Below, in pieces: positions 9,269 to 16,720 of a stretch of 64,000 nt of DNA (positions are counted from its first letter, which is position 1; every line of letters begins with the position of its first letter). The translations under genes and the position numbers were made by a program. Location of the stretch: the IMG/VR virus record IMGVR_UViG_3300049491_001102, positions 32,001-96,000 of that record, one strand, 5' to 3'. The notes beneath the pieces are model-generated. The model had not been told where the DNA came from. It saw only the letters and a list, made by a program, of their open reading frames with translations, and did no database searches. Source of the stretch: a virus.

Positions 9269-9935
9269 CCTCATCTTTGGGTTTGACCCCGGCACGAAGT
9301 TCGGATGGAGCGTGTTCGTCAATGGCGAACTCGTTGCGTCAGGGACTTTTTTGACGTTTCGGTCAGGCGACCACATTGGTCTGCGCTACAGCAACTTAGT
9401 TTCGTTTCTAACCGAGTTGTTTCATCTCTATGTCATCGATCCTCTCGACACGCTCGTTGGGTACGAAGACATTGATTTCAACATCTTCAAGTCGAAGGAT
9501 AACCTTCGTGTCTACGCTGGCTTGGTGGCAATCATGGAGATGGTGTGCGCGAACTTTGGCCTGAAAGAGATCCGCGGCGTCAACCCTACAACGTTGAAAA
9601 AGCATTCCACCGGTGACGAGAAGGCGACCAAGCAACAAATGCTGCTGGAAGCAATTAGTCGCTTTGATATCCGCGCCCAGTCGGATGACCACGCGGATGC
9701 GTGCCTGATCGGCGCTTACTTTAAGGATTTCCCATGTCCAACAATGGAACCCGCCGTGCAAACTCGTTTCGCAAACAAACAAAAAAAGCGCGAGAGGAAA
9801 GCACGGAAAGCCGCCAAGACAGCGGCAGCGTTACCAAAATTTACGCCTTCGTCACCGATCACGCTGCCTCCCATCCCCTCACCCAAGAAAAGGGCTACGA
9901 GGCAACCGCGGTCACTGAAACTGGTGAAGTCGTAA
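9249..9935 (+). CDS. RuvC-like Holliday junction resolvase with basic C-terminal tail
   Basis: IFGFDPGTKFGWS, VGYED, NPTTLKKHSTG..KATKQQM, DDHADA. Confidence 0.85.
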   Translation: MSNPWHSLIFGFDPGTKFGWSVFVNGELVASGTFLTFRSGDHIGLRYSNLVSFLTELFHLYVIDPLDTLVGYEDIDFNIFKSKDNLRVYAGLVAIMEMVCANFGLKEIRGVNPTTLKKHSTGDEKATKQQMLLEAISRFDIRAQSDDHADACLIGAYFKDFPCPTMEPAVQTRFANKQKKRERKARKAAKTAAALPKFTPSSPITLPPIPSPKKRATRQPRSLKLVKS

Positions 9936-10288
9936 CGACCTTTTTAAGCAACAACGTCTTGGGGCTCAAAGCTGAAGTCAGCGGATTTCCGTTCGGGAAG
10001 ACATACCCAGGCGTTAAAGTCCTTTGGGTCGAAACGCCTGAAGACCATCCCATCGTTTCCGGTTTACTGGAGAAAATTTCAGGCTCTCCGGAGGACGAAG
10101 AAGAAGAACCCGAAGAAGTGGACGAAACAGGGGATACAACCCCAATTGACGTACTTCGGGCACAGGCACATGGGTGCTTTAGTTGTGCACACAAAAACGT
10201 GTGTGCCATCGCTACCAACCCCCTTTTAGAGATCCACAAAATCGTGATCTCAGCTTGTCAAGCGCACGTTTCCGCTGGGGACGATTAA
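9734..10288 (+). CDS. Hypothetical protein with acidic linker and Cys cluster
   Basis: SD TAAGGA before ATG 9734; CFSCAHKNVC...SAC; stop overlaps the Dam ATG. Confidence 0.6.
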   Translation: MSNNGTRRANSFRKQTKKAREESTESRQDSGSVTKIYAFVTDHAASHPLTQEKGYEATAVTETGEVVTTFLSNNVLGLKAEVSGFPFGKTYPGVKVLWVETPEDHPIVSGLLEKISGSPEDEEEEPEEVDETGDTTPIDVLRAQAHGCFSCAHKNVCAIATNPLLEIHKIVISACQAHVSAGDD

Positions 10289-10965
10289 TGGCTTACATCG
10301 ATCAATCCAAACGCGTGGACTGGCTCACGCCTCAACACGTGTTCACCGATTGGGTTTATCCCATTCTCGGCTTCGTCAACCTTGATCCTTGTGGCAATCC
10401 CAAGTCATGCCTTGATGCGGACCATCATTGCTTTGGTGAAACCGCAGGTGACGACGGTATGGCCCTAGATTGGCACCGTGTGGGCGCTGGCAACATCTTC
10501 ATCAATCCGACCTACGGCGAGCGTAAACCAAAGCCGGATCCGCGCCCCTACGTCCCCAAACTTCCGAACTTCTATCCGCTATCCGAGTGGATGGCGAAGT
10601 GCGTCGACGAATGGCGGCTCGGTGCGACTATCTTTGCGGTTTTGCCTGCGGCAACCGATCGCGTATGGTTTCACGATTTGGTGGTTCCTACCGCATCGTT
10701 TTGCCTTTTACGGAAGCGTCTTAAGTTCCGACTGCCCGAAATGGCGCCAGAGGACAACACACAACCTTGCGGCGCCAACACGTTGGTGCTCTGGGCGCAC
10801 AAAGCGGAGCAACACGAACTTTTTAACGAACTACTCAAGAAACACGGATACGTTCACGCTATTAAAAGAAAGGAAGAAAAAGACAATGCAAGTGCAACAA
10901 CACAAATTGACGATCTCACTGAACGGGGTGGAGATCCATTTGATGGATCTCCAACTACTGCCTGA
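10288..10965 (+). CDS. Phage Dam-type DNA N6-adenine methyltransferase
   Basis: DWLTP, NLDPC, GMALDW, IFINPTYG (NPPY variant), LPAATDRVWFH, RLKF. Confidence 0.85.
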   Translation: MAYIDQSKRVDWLTPQHVFTDWVYPILGFVNLDPCGNPKSCLDADHHCFGETAGDDGMALDWHRVGAGNIFINPTYGERKPKPDPRPYVPKLPNFYPLSEWMAKCVDEWRLGATIFAVLPAATDRVWFHDLVVPTASFCLLRKRLKFRLPEMAPEDNTQPCGANTLVLWAHKAEQHELFNELLKKHGYVHAIKRKEEKDNASATTQIDDLTERGGDPFDGSPTTA

Positions 10966-11143
10966 CGTGTTTGGGACAGAAAAGGACAAGATTCGATTTG
11001 TCAGCCAAACAATCACACAAATGGCAAACGACATCGCCCAGCAAGTGTGGGCGATTGGAACTGAAGATGGGTTCTTGGAGGAAGAGCAAAAGAGCATCCT
11101 TGCCGCATTCGATGCTGGTCAGCTTGTAGCCGAAGGATCGTAA
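10886..11143 (+). CDS. Hypothetical protein
   Basis: ATG 10886 with AAGGA-type SD; 3' part of track ORF 10478..11143. Confidence 0.55.
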   Translation: MQVQQHKLTISLNGVEIHLMDLQLLPDVFGTEKDKIRFVSQTITQMANDIAQQVWAIGTEDGFLEEEQKSILAAFDAGQLVAEGS

Positions 11144-11179
11144 GCTAGTTAACGCCTGTAATAAGCTCGTGAGAGCTAC

Positions 11180-11283
11180 GCTGGGGTCGTTTAGCTTGGA
11201 AAGACGAAAGTGTGCGCTTTCCCATTCGCCAATTCTTCATCAGAGCGTCCGCTTTCACGCTGGTTCGATTCCTGCCCCCAGCT
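11180..11283 (+). ncRNA. tRNA-like RNA with extended, non-canonical anticodon arm
   Basis: Acceptor GCTGGGG/CCCCAGC, D-arm GTTT-AGCTTGGAA-AGAC, T-arm GCTGG-TTCGATT-CCTGC; anticodon region is a ~50-nt two-helix hairpin with a 21-nt loop. Confidence 0.7.
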
Positions 11284-11287
11284 CTAC

Positions 11288-11464
11288 ATGACTGTTAGAC
11301 CAATATTTGCCTGGTACGACCTATGGGTCGGTGTGTTCATCGATAAGCCGAAGAGACGAATTTATGTCTTCCCCATCCCAACAATCGGAATCATCATCGA
11401 GTACGGACGAACAAGCCGTCGAGAAGGCGACGGTCAATCCAGACAAGCTAGCCGAATGCCCTGA
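11288..11464 (+). CDS. Small conserved-type phage protein
   Basis: FAWYDLWVGVFID...IYVFPIPTIGII motif typical of small phage ORFs. Confidence 0.6.
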   Translation: MTVRPIFAWYDLWVGVFIDKPKRRIYVFPIPTIGIIIEYGRTSRREGDGQSRQASRMP

Positions 11465-11801
11465 TGCAAACTTAGCATTGCTAGTTTACTCCCACGGCAA
11501 CGATTGCTTCTGCATTGACGTGTCTTCACACCATTCGCTTGAAGAGTTCGACATCGGTGTTTATGACATAGCTAAGGGTGATTCTGGCGAAATAGACGAC
11601 TTGCGACTTCCTCGGGGGTACTGGGTCGTGTTCTACAATGCGCAATATGTCCCTGCCCATGATTCAGACCAGTGGGTCCTTGTACGTGGGGACTTCATCG
11701 CTACACGACTCGCTACGCTGGAGGAGATTAAAAAGGTCTTCAAAGGTCTTGAACTTGAATTGTTCTACGAAGTTAATCTTCGCGCAGAGGTACCATTTTA
11801 A
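11364..11801 (+). CDS. Hypothetical acidic protein
   Basis: ORF coupled (TAATG) to the next gene; start uncertain. Confidence 0.5.
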   Translation: MSSPSQQSESSSSTDEQAVEKATVNPDKLAECPDANLALLVYSHGNDCFCIDVSSHHSLEEFDIGVYDIAKGDSGEIDDLRLPRGYWVVFYNAQYVPAHDSDQWVLVRGDFIATRLATLEEIKKVFKGLELELFYEVNLRAEVPF

Positions 11802-12106
11802 TGGATGACCAACTACTTCAAGCACTCTTCACTGAGGTTTTGAAAGTAAAGCCACGACCAATATTAGCCACAATCGGGGAAGCAGTTTCCTGTTGTAGTA
11901 GTGATTTTCGCCAGTTAGACAAAGAGCGTCAAATATGGGCTGAGTTAGCACTCGCCGCATTACGGCACCTTGTGCGTGACGAGAACGCTGGTGATCGCCC
12001 GGACCAAGAAGATATCGATGAGTCCGTCGCTATGCTAAAGCACGTTATTCAACGGGCTAAATCGCGTGCTGAACACAAACCGCTATTTCAACCGGGCACA
12101 CGCTAG
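11801..12106 (+). CDS. Hypothetical protein
   Basis: Coupled start/stop with both neighbours. Confidence 0.55.
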   Translation: MDDQLLQALFTEVLKVKPRPILATIGEAVSCCSSDFRQLDKERQIWAELALAALRHLVRDENAGDRPDQEDIDESVAMLKHVIQRAKSRAEHKPLFQPGTR

Positions 12107-12763
12107 ATGACCACGACAATTGAACGGTCCGCACCTGTCGCTGGTCAACGTTGGAAGCACTACAAAGGCACGGTATACACGGTCGTGTGCATCGCTCAAT
12201 CTACCGCGGATTTAGAAAAGAAACTCGTCATCTACCGTGATGGTGACAAGTCTTACGCGAGACCAATCGAAGAGTTCATGGAGTATGTAGCCGCAATCCA
12301 GAAACCTAGATTCAAACAAGTTTCAGCCGGTGCCCATATCCCATCAAACGTTGACAACCCGCCAATCTGTCCCTACTGCCAAAATGCTGCGCAACTTGTG
12401 CTCGGTGGCCGCATCTATCCCCACCGGTACGACCTTGCAGAGTTGCAAATGTGGCTTTGTTCCCGATGCAACGCTTGGGTTGGCTGCCACAAACCGAGTG
12501 CACATAGCGACGGCACCGTCCCATTTGGCCGACTTGCCAACGCAGAGCTGCGTGGACTCAAGACGCAAGCCCACGCCGCATTCGATCCGCTTTGGAAAAA
12601 TCATGGCATCACGCGAGATGACGCCTACGCATGGCTTGCCGAAGAGCTCGGGTTAGCCAAAGATCTCACGCACATTGGTATGTTTGACGAAGACACGTGT
12701 CGCCGTGTTATCGAACTCTGTATAACCACGGACCCAAGGAAAATTCGTGCTCTCGCAAAATAA
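12107..12763 (+). CDS. DUF1653-like + DUF3268-like zinc-finger fusion protein
   Basis: N-term WKHYKGTVYTV...LVIYR...YARPIEEF...PRF; C-term CPYC...YPHRYDL...WLCSRCNAWVGCH...GRLANAELR...AHAAFDPLW...AYAWLA...HIGMFD. Confidence 0.75.
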   Translation: MTTTIERSAPVAGQRWKHYKGTVYTVVCIAQSTADLEKKLVIYRDGDKSYARPIEEFMEYVAAIQKPRFKQVSAGAHIPSNVDNPPICPYCQNAAQLVLGGRIYPHRYDLAELQMWLCSRCNAWVGCHKPSAHSDGTVPFGRLANAELRGLKTQAHAAFDPLWKNHGITRDDAYAWLAEELGLAKDLTHIGMFDEDTCRRVIELCITTDPRKIRALAK

Positions 12764-12965
12764 GCCAAGCATCTTTTCGGCCGTCGTTGCGGTCACGCTA
12801 ATAGTTGTGCTCGCTTTAGGCATCTATTCAGATTGCTCATTCTCAAAACGATGCGAAGCTGTCGGCGGCATCGTGGCCAAAAGTCACGTTGGAAGCCATT
12901 GTATCGATCGCCGTGTTCTCATTGATGACCAGGTCATGCCCCCACCGCGGGCGCAAGGACCATGA
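12747..12965 (+). CDS. Small membrane protein
   Basis: One TM segment followed by CEAVGG...C motif. Confidence 0.55.
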   Translation: MLSQNKPSIFSAVVAVTLIVVLALGIYSDCSFSKRCEAVGGIVAKSHVGSHCIDRRVLIDDQVMPPPRAQGP

Positions 12966-13141
12966 ACAACAAGAAGCAATCAGGGATGAACGGCTACGGA
13001 CGAAAAATTTGGATGTGCCGCAAAGGATGCTGTTGCAGCATCCCCCACTGGCGCCAAGGCAAGAAGCAGGGTCGGCGCAAAAGCAAAGAAGCAGTGCGAG
13101 ACCAACTAGTCTCCTCTGATCAAAGCCAAGTCACGGAGTAA
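12962..13141 (+). CDS. 59-aa basic Cys-rich peptide
   Basis: Own translation from ATGA-coupled start: MNNKKQSGMNGYGRKIWMCRKGCCCSIPHWRQGKKQGRRKSKEAVRDQLVSSDQSQVTE; below the track length cut-off. Confidence 0.55.
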   Translation: MNNKKQSGMNGYGRKIWMCRKGCCCSIPHWRQGKKQGRRKSKEAVRDQLVSSDQSQVTE

Positions 13142-14166
13142 GGATCTCCCCAAGCAGCTCGGGTGCCACGATGGTTGCTATCCGAACCTAATGCGATCTG
13201 TGTGATCCCTGCCGCGTCCGCAATCCAGCGACGCACGGGTTCCCCGTCTCGCCATTGCTCCCAAACAACCCGCCAAGTGGGTACCTCGACTTGGAAAAGT
13301 TGGGTTGAACTGCGTTCGTCTTCGGCAACATGACGGACGCCAACTTCTTCAATCACATGAAGAGACCATCGTTTTCCCCCACCGGGCGACATTGAGAAGG
13401 CTGCAAACGTATGTTCTCCCGGGATAAGCATTTTTTCGTGAAGTGCTAACCCACGAGATTCAATACCGGGAGCTTGTCGTGTTAGGCCCAGAGTGCATAA
13501 AGCAACTTCTATGCCACTCTCCCAAAAATGAGTCGTTTCTGGAGAAGTCGCAACAACTTCATTTTCCAAACGGTCAAGGAGTGCTAACGCGTTTGTTAGG
13601 GCTTCTGTTGTTTTAGGGTTTGGATCTTTGACACTTGGGTCTTTAATATGTGCTCGGACAACACTCGCAACGTAATCGCGGGCCAACGCTGTAATTGTCG
13701 GATGCATGTCCGTTGCACACCATTGGGACAAGTCATCTTTCGACCCATAGTGGAAGTCGCGACCATCGAAAACGCCGTAGTAAACCTCACCACGCGAAGG
13801 CGCTATCCAAAAGATCGAAGGGCCTTTAACGTGCCAGAGATAATCGGGTCCGCCGCCGACTCGCCCTGCGTCACCAAAAGCATAGTGTCCGCAAGCTAAT
13901 TCCGTGGCGTCACCAAAGATGAGAACACATCCACCACTAGCACCACGAATGTACGATGTCTTTGTGTTGCAGCGCCATAAAACACCACTTTGACCCCGAT
14001 CCTTTGTGATGATCACTCGACCGTCCAAACCAGTGATGAACCCGCAATTGTTGGGGTCAATGTTTGGTCCGCCAGTACCGATTTTGACGAGTGTGCGGCC
14101 GCGACCCGCTTCGCCGAGTTCAAGTGGGAGGGTCAGGGATTGAGTGTTGTTGCTGAGGAGTCTCAC
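13120..14166 (-). CDS. Hypothetical 348-aa protein, downstream gene of the XRE-controlled unit
   Basis: GTG with AAGG SD; motifs LGEAGRGR and AFGDAGRVGGGPDYL. Confidence 0.7.
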   Translation of the reverse strand: MRLLSNNTQSLTLPLELGEAGRGRTLVKIGTGGPNIDPNNCGFITGLDGRVIITKDRGQSGVLWRCNTKTSYIRGASGGCVLIFGDATELACGHYAFGDAGRVGGGPDYLWHVKGPSIFWIAPSRGEVYYGVFDGRDFHYGSKDDLSQWCATDMHPTITALARDYVASVVRAHIKDPSVKDPNPKTTEALTNALALLDRLENEVVATSPETTHFWESGIEVALCTLGLTRQAPGIESRGLALHEKMLIPGEHTFAAFSMSPGGGKRWSLHVIEEVGVRHVAEDERSSTQLFQVEVPTWRVVWEQWRDGEPVRRWIADAAGITQIALGSDSNHRGTRAAWGDPYSVTWL

Positions 14167-14232
14167 AACGCCTTAACCGGCCCTTGGTGCTGTATCAACA
14201 CCAGGAATCCGGCGAATGCAGTCCGAGAAGAA

Positions 14233-14523
14233 CTACGGGTATTTGTTAGGATTTCGCGCGACGCTAGCGTTGGCGTGAAAGACAGCGGTCTCCACCCCTC
14301 GAATAGCGAGCGTCAAGTCGGCAGACGCTGGGCAGTTGTTCACAAGGAGAAGCGCGAACGCTTTTGCGGCTTCGCGAATGCGATCATAGACTTCCGCCTG
14401 TGACGGCTTTGGTGGGTGATACGTAAAGACGTCGTTCAGGCTTTGTCCTGCGAGAATTGGAGCCGTGGTGGTGGTCGATGGCTGGCCAAAGACGTTGACG
14501 GTAGTTTCGGTGGTGACGGTCAT
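14233..14523 (-). CDS. Acb2/Tad1-like helical-hairpin protein (candidate signalling-nucleotide sponge)
   Basis: FTYHPPKPSQAEVYDRIREAAKAFALLLVNNCPASADLTLAIRGVETAVFHANASVARN matches the FxYHxP...Y..IR..AK.....CP.S....LA....E.A...ANA..AR pattern, recalled for the Acb2/Tad1 hairpin family. Confidence 0.6.
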   Translation of the reverse strand: MTVTTETTVNVFGQPSTTTTAPILAGQSLNDVFTYHPPKPSQAEVYDRIREAAKAFALLLVNNCPASADLTLAIRGVETAVFHANASVARNPNKYP

Positions 14524-14564
14524 GGGAGTCTCTTCTCGGTGTCGTCGAATCCGGCGACTACAGG

Positions 14565-14593
14565 AATATAGGTCAGCAACCTATAGTCCGCAA
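14565..14593 (-). promoter_or_regulatory. Sigma70-like promoter with embedded palindromic operator
   Basis: TTGCGG-17nt-TATATT; inverted repeat TATAGG-N7-CCTATA at 14567..14585. Confidence 0.75.
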
Positions 14594-14597
14594 GCCC

Positions 14598-14882
14598 TCA
14601 GCGCGCGGGCCGAAGTTTTTCCGCGAAATCCGCGCCCAACTCTTTGCGCATTCGCTCCAACGTCGGCAAAAAGAAACCTGGGTCAACGTTTAGGGCAGCG
14701 CTGAGTCGCGCCAACATCCGACACGATGCATTCATCGTGCCCCGCTCTAAATCGCTGATATGCGATTGTGGAACGCCGGTGGCCTCCGCCAATTCACGTT
14801 GGCTCAGGTCTGCCAGCGTGCGCGCAGCAGTGAGCTTGCGGCCGATTAGAACTGCGAGAGGATCGGGGTCGCGCGAAGGCAC
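14598..14882 (-). CDS. XRE-family HTH transcriptional regulator
   Basis: IGRKLTAARTLADLSQRELAEATGVPQSHISDLERG...LARLSAALNV. Confidence 0.92.
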   Translation of the reverse strand: MPSRDPDPLAVLIGRKLTAARTLADLSQRELAEATGVPQSHISDLERGTMNASCRMLARLSAALNVDPGFFLPTLERMRKELGADFAEKLRPAR

Positions 14883-14887
14883 ACCAT

Positions 14888-14909
14888 ATAATAGGGCATC
14901 AACCTATTA
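14888..14909 (-). promoter_or_regulatory. Operator overlapping the -10 of the XRE gene (autoregulation, leaderless start)
   Basis: TAATAGG-N7-CCTATTA at 14889..14909; -10 TATTAT lies 5 nt upstream of GTG 14882. Confidence 0.7.
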
Positions 14910-14911
14910 GG

Positions 14912-15106
14912 TCAGCGTGCCGCGGGGAAAATTCGAAAGCTCGCGTCGGTGCCGATTGCTTGTTGGCGCAGTTCGGCGACCCGGCGCAAGGCTTCGTCCT
15001 CATCTTCGAATGTGCTGGCGTCGAGCGTTTCAAAAGCAGGGCGCCAGCTTGCTGTCCGCCCACCCCAGGTGCCATGCACCTGTAGCAGGTAGACGACGTC
15101 GTTCAC
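14912..15106 (-). CDS. Small hypothetical protein, end of the late operon
   Basis: GTGA-coupled to the holin candidate. Confidence 0.5.
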   Translation of the reverse strand: MNDVVYLLQVHGTWGGRTASWRPAFETLDASTFEDEDEALRRVAELRQQAIGTDASFRIFPAAR

Positions 15107-15336
15107 GCTTGGTCCTTGTGACCTTGACCCGGCGGGAGCATCACCGCCTTCGCGGCGTCGGAAAGCGAGATGCCTCCGATCGCGGTAGCGGCCAAGATCG
15201 TCACTTGCTCGGCAAGCTTTTCAGCTACGCCATCTTCAAGTCCAAGTCCTAGACGGACAGCAATTAAGCTGATGCCACTTCCGACGAGAACAACGAAGCG
15301 TTTGCTTTTGAGAAGGTCAACAATTGCTTGGATCAT
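15103..15336 (-). CDS. Putative holin (2 TM)
   Basis: 77 aa; KSKRF followed by two hydrophobic segments; at the end of the virion operon. Confidence 0.55.
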   Translation of the reverse strand: MIQAIVDLLKSKRFVVLVGSGISLIAVRLGLGLEDGVAEKLAEQVTILAATAIGGISLSDAAKAVMLPPGQGHKDQA

Positions 15337-15923
15337 TTTCTGGACTTTACGAGATCATCTAGGAAGATCTCAGCTTTGATGTGTTCAGCATTCTTTTCTG
15401 GATAAGGGCGACTCTTGTTCCTACTCCAGGTAACGATGCGATGCTGGTATTCATCGTCAAATTTACTGACAGCCGCTCTAGCCTGTTGAATCTGCTGCTG
15501 GTGCTTATCCAGTTCAACTAACATAGTTACGCTCTGTTGAAGCGCATTTATGTTTTTACCGTTGGTATTAAGCACGTCAATGATTGGTTGCAGCTTAGCG
15601 TCGAGCTTTTCTTCTGTAACGATAGCCTGACTCCACAGAACAAAAGCACCTCCCAATGAAAATGCTAACGCGATCAGCGATAGTATGTTCTTTGGATTAA
15701 GCATAGCTTTTAGCCATGATTCAGGTTTAGACGCTTTTTTGCGCTCTTGGTCGAATACTTCGCCGACCATCGTTGTTATCTTGGGCATCATGTTGTCCAC
15801 GATAAACCCAAGCTGCGCACGAACGCGTGCGTCATCGTTGTCTGTACTAGGTTCTTGTTGAGGTACAGGCATGGTGATCACCCGAAATCGCTTATTTTCT
15901 CCGCGAATCATTGGCATCCCCAC
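15333..15923 (-). CDS. Single-TM coiled-coil membrane protein (lysis-associated?)
   Basis: ILSLIALAFSLGGAFVLW TM followed by coiled coil; adjacent to the holin candidate. Confidence 0.5.
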   Translation of the reverse strand: MGMPMIRGENKRFRVITMPVPQQEPSTDNDDARVRAQLGFIVDNMMPKITTMVGEVFDQERKKASKPESWLKAMLNPKNILSLIALAFSLGGAFVLWSQAIVTEEKLDAKLQPIIDVLNTNGKNINALQQSVTMLVELDKHQQQIQQARAAVSKFDDEYQHRIVTWSRNKSRPYPEKNAEHIKAEIFLDDLVKSRK

Positions 15924-15975
15924 ACCTAATGATTAACACGGAACAGTCAATCAGTTTGAACAGTATTAGGCCGAA

Positions 15976-16713
15976 CTATGGTGAATTACGAACCAATCCG
16001 CTGGGCGGAATCTGGTCGGCTTTGAGACGCTTCAGGAGTTTATTCAACTTCCGCTGCACCTCATCTACTTCTACTTTGCTAATCGACAATTCTGCTTCTG
16101 CAAGAATTTTTCGATCGTCAGCGGAAAATAGATGGCTTCTCTTGTTAGCCAAAGCTTTCAACTGTTGAGTTTTAGCCACATTCTGCGAGAAGTCGTCTAG
16201 TTTCCGATTGCGAATTGTCGTCGCGTCTTCGGCATCTTTTCGGACTTTCTCTGCGGATCGGATAGCCCCAATCGCTTGTTTCTCCGCTCGCACAGCAGGT
16301 GACAATGCGCGAAGCAATGCTTCTCGTTCTGCTTTATCCCCAAGAAATGTTCTCTTGTTGGCGGCAGCTTGTTTTCTGGCTTTTGTACCAAGATCGTCAA
16401 TTTTGTTCTTCTTATAGAACTTCTTGAGTTTGTTCTTGATGTCTGCCTCGGGCGGTGTAACGAACTGGTCCTTTTTTGCAAGACATCCAACAAGGATACC
16501 CATGAGATTGGGTTCAATGGAGTCATCATCTGCAAAGTGCAGCGGAGCAAAACCTTGAATAGATGAGGAACAATGAGCGCATGACCCAACGACGACAGTG
16601 TTGCATTCGGCACCACTTAGTCGAATAACATCTAGCCGCACTGTGGTTTCTTCATGACAAGCTTGGCATGAGAAAGTCACTGTTCCAGCGTCTTCATTGA
16701 TTTCTGTGATCAT
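15976..16713 (-). CDS. Zn-ribbon (CxxC x2) protein with basic helical C-terminus
   Basis: CQAC...CAHC; Lys/Arg-rich coiled region. Confidence 0.6.
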   Translation of the reverse strand: MITEINEDAGTVTFSCQACHEETTVRLDVIRLSGAECNTVVVGSCAHCSSSIQGFAPLHFADDDSIEPNLMGILVGCLAKKDQFVTPPEADIKNKLKKFYKKNKIDDLGTKARKQAAANKRTFLGDKAEREALLRALSPAVRAEKQAIGAIRSAEKVRKDAEDATTIRNRKLDDFSQNVAKTQQLKALANKRSHLFSADDRKILAEAELSISKVEVDEVQRKLNKLLKRLKADQIPPSGLVRNSP

Positions 16714-16720
16714 ATAATCC

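Noticed and set aside
11180-11283. tmRNA or ordinary decoding tRNA
   Set aside because: No G3-U70 pair, has a D-stem, too short for a tag ORF, and has no canonical 7-nt anticodon loop
14598-14882. Lysogeny (CI/Cro) switch
   Set aside because: No divergent cro, no peptidase domain and no integrase nearby; the operators point to local control of the adjacent co-oriented genes. Lifestyle cannot be determined from this window
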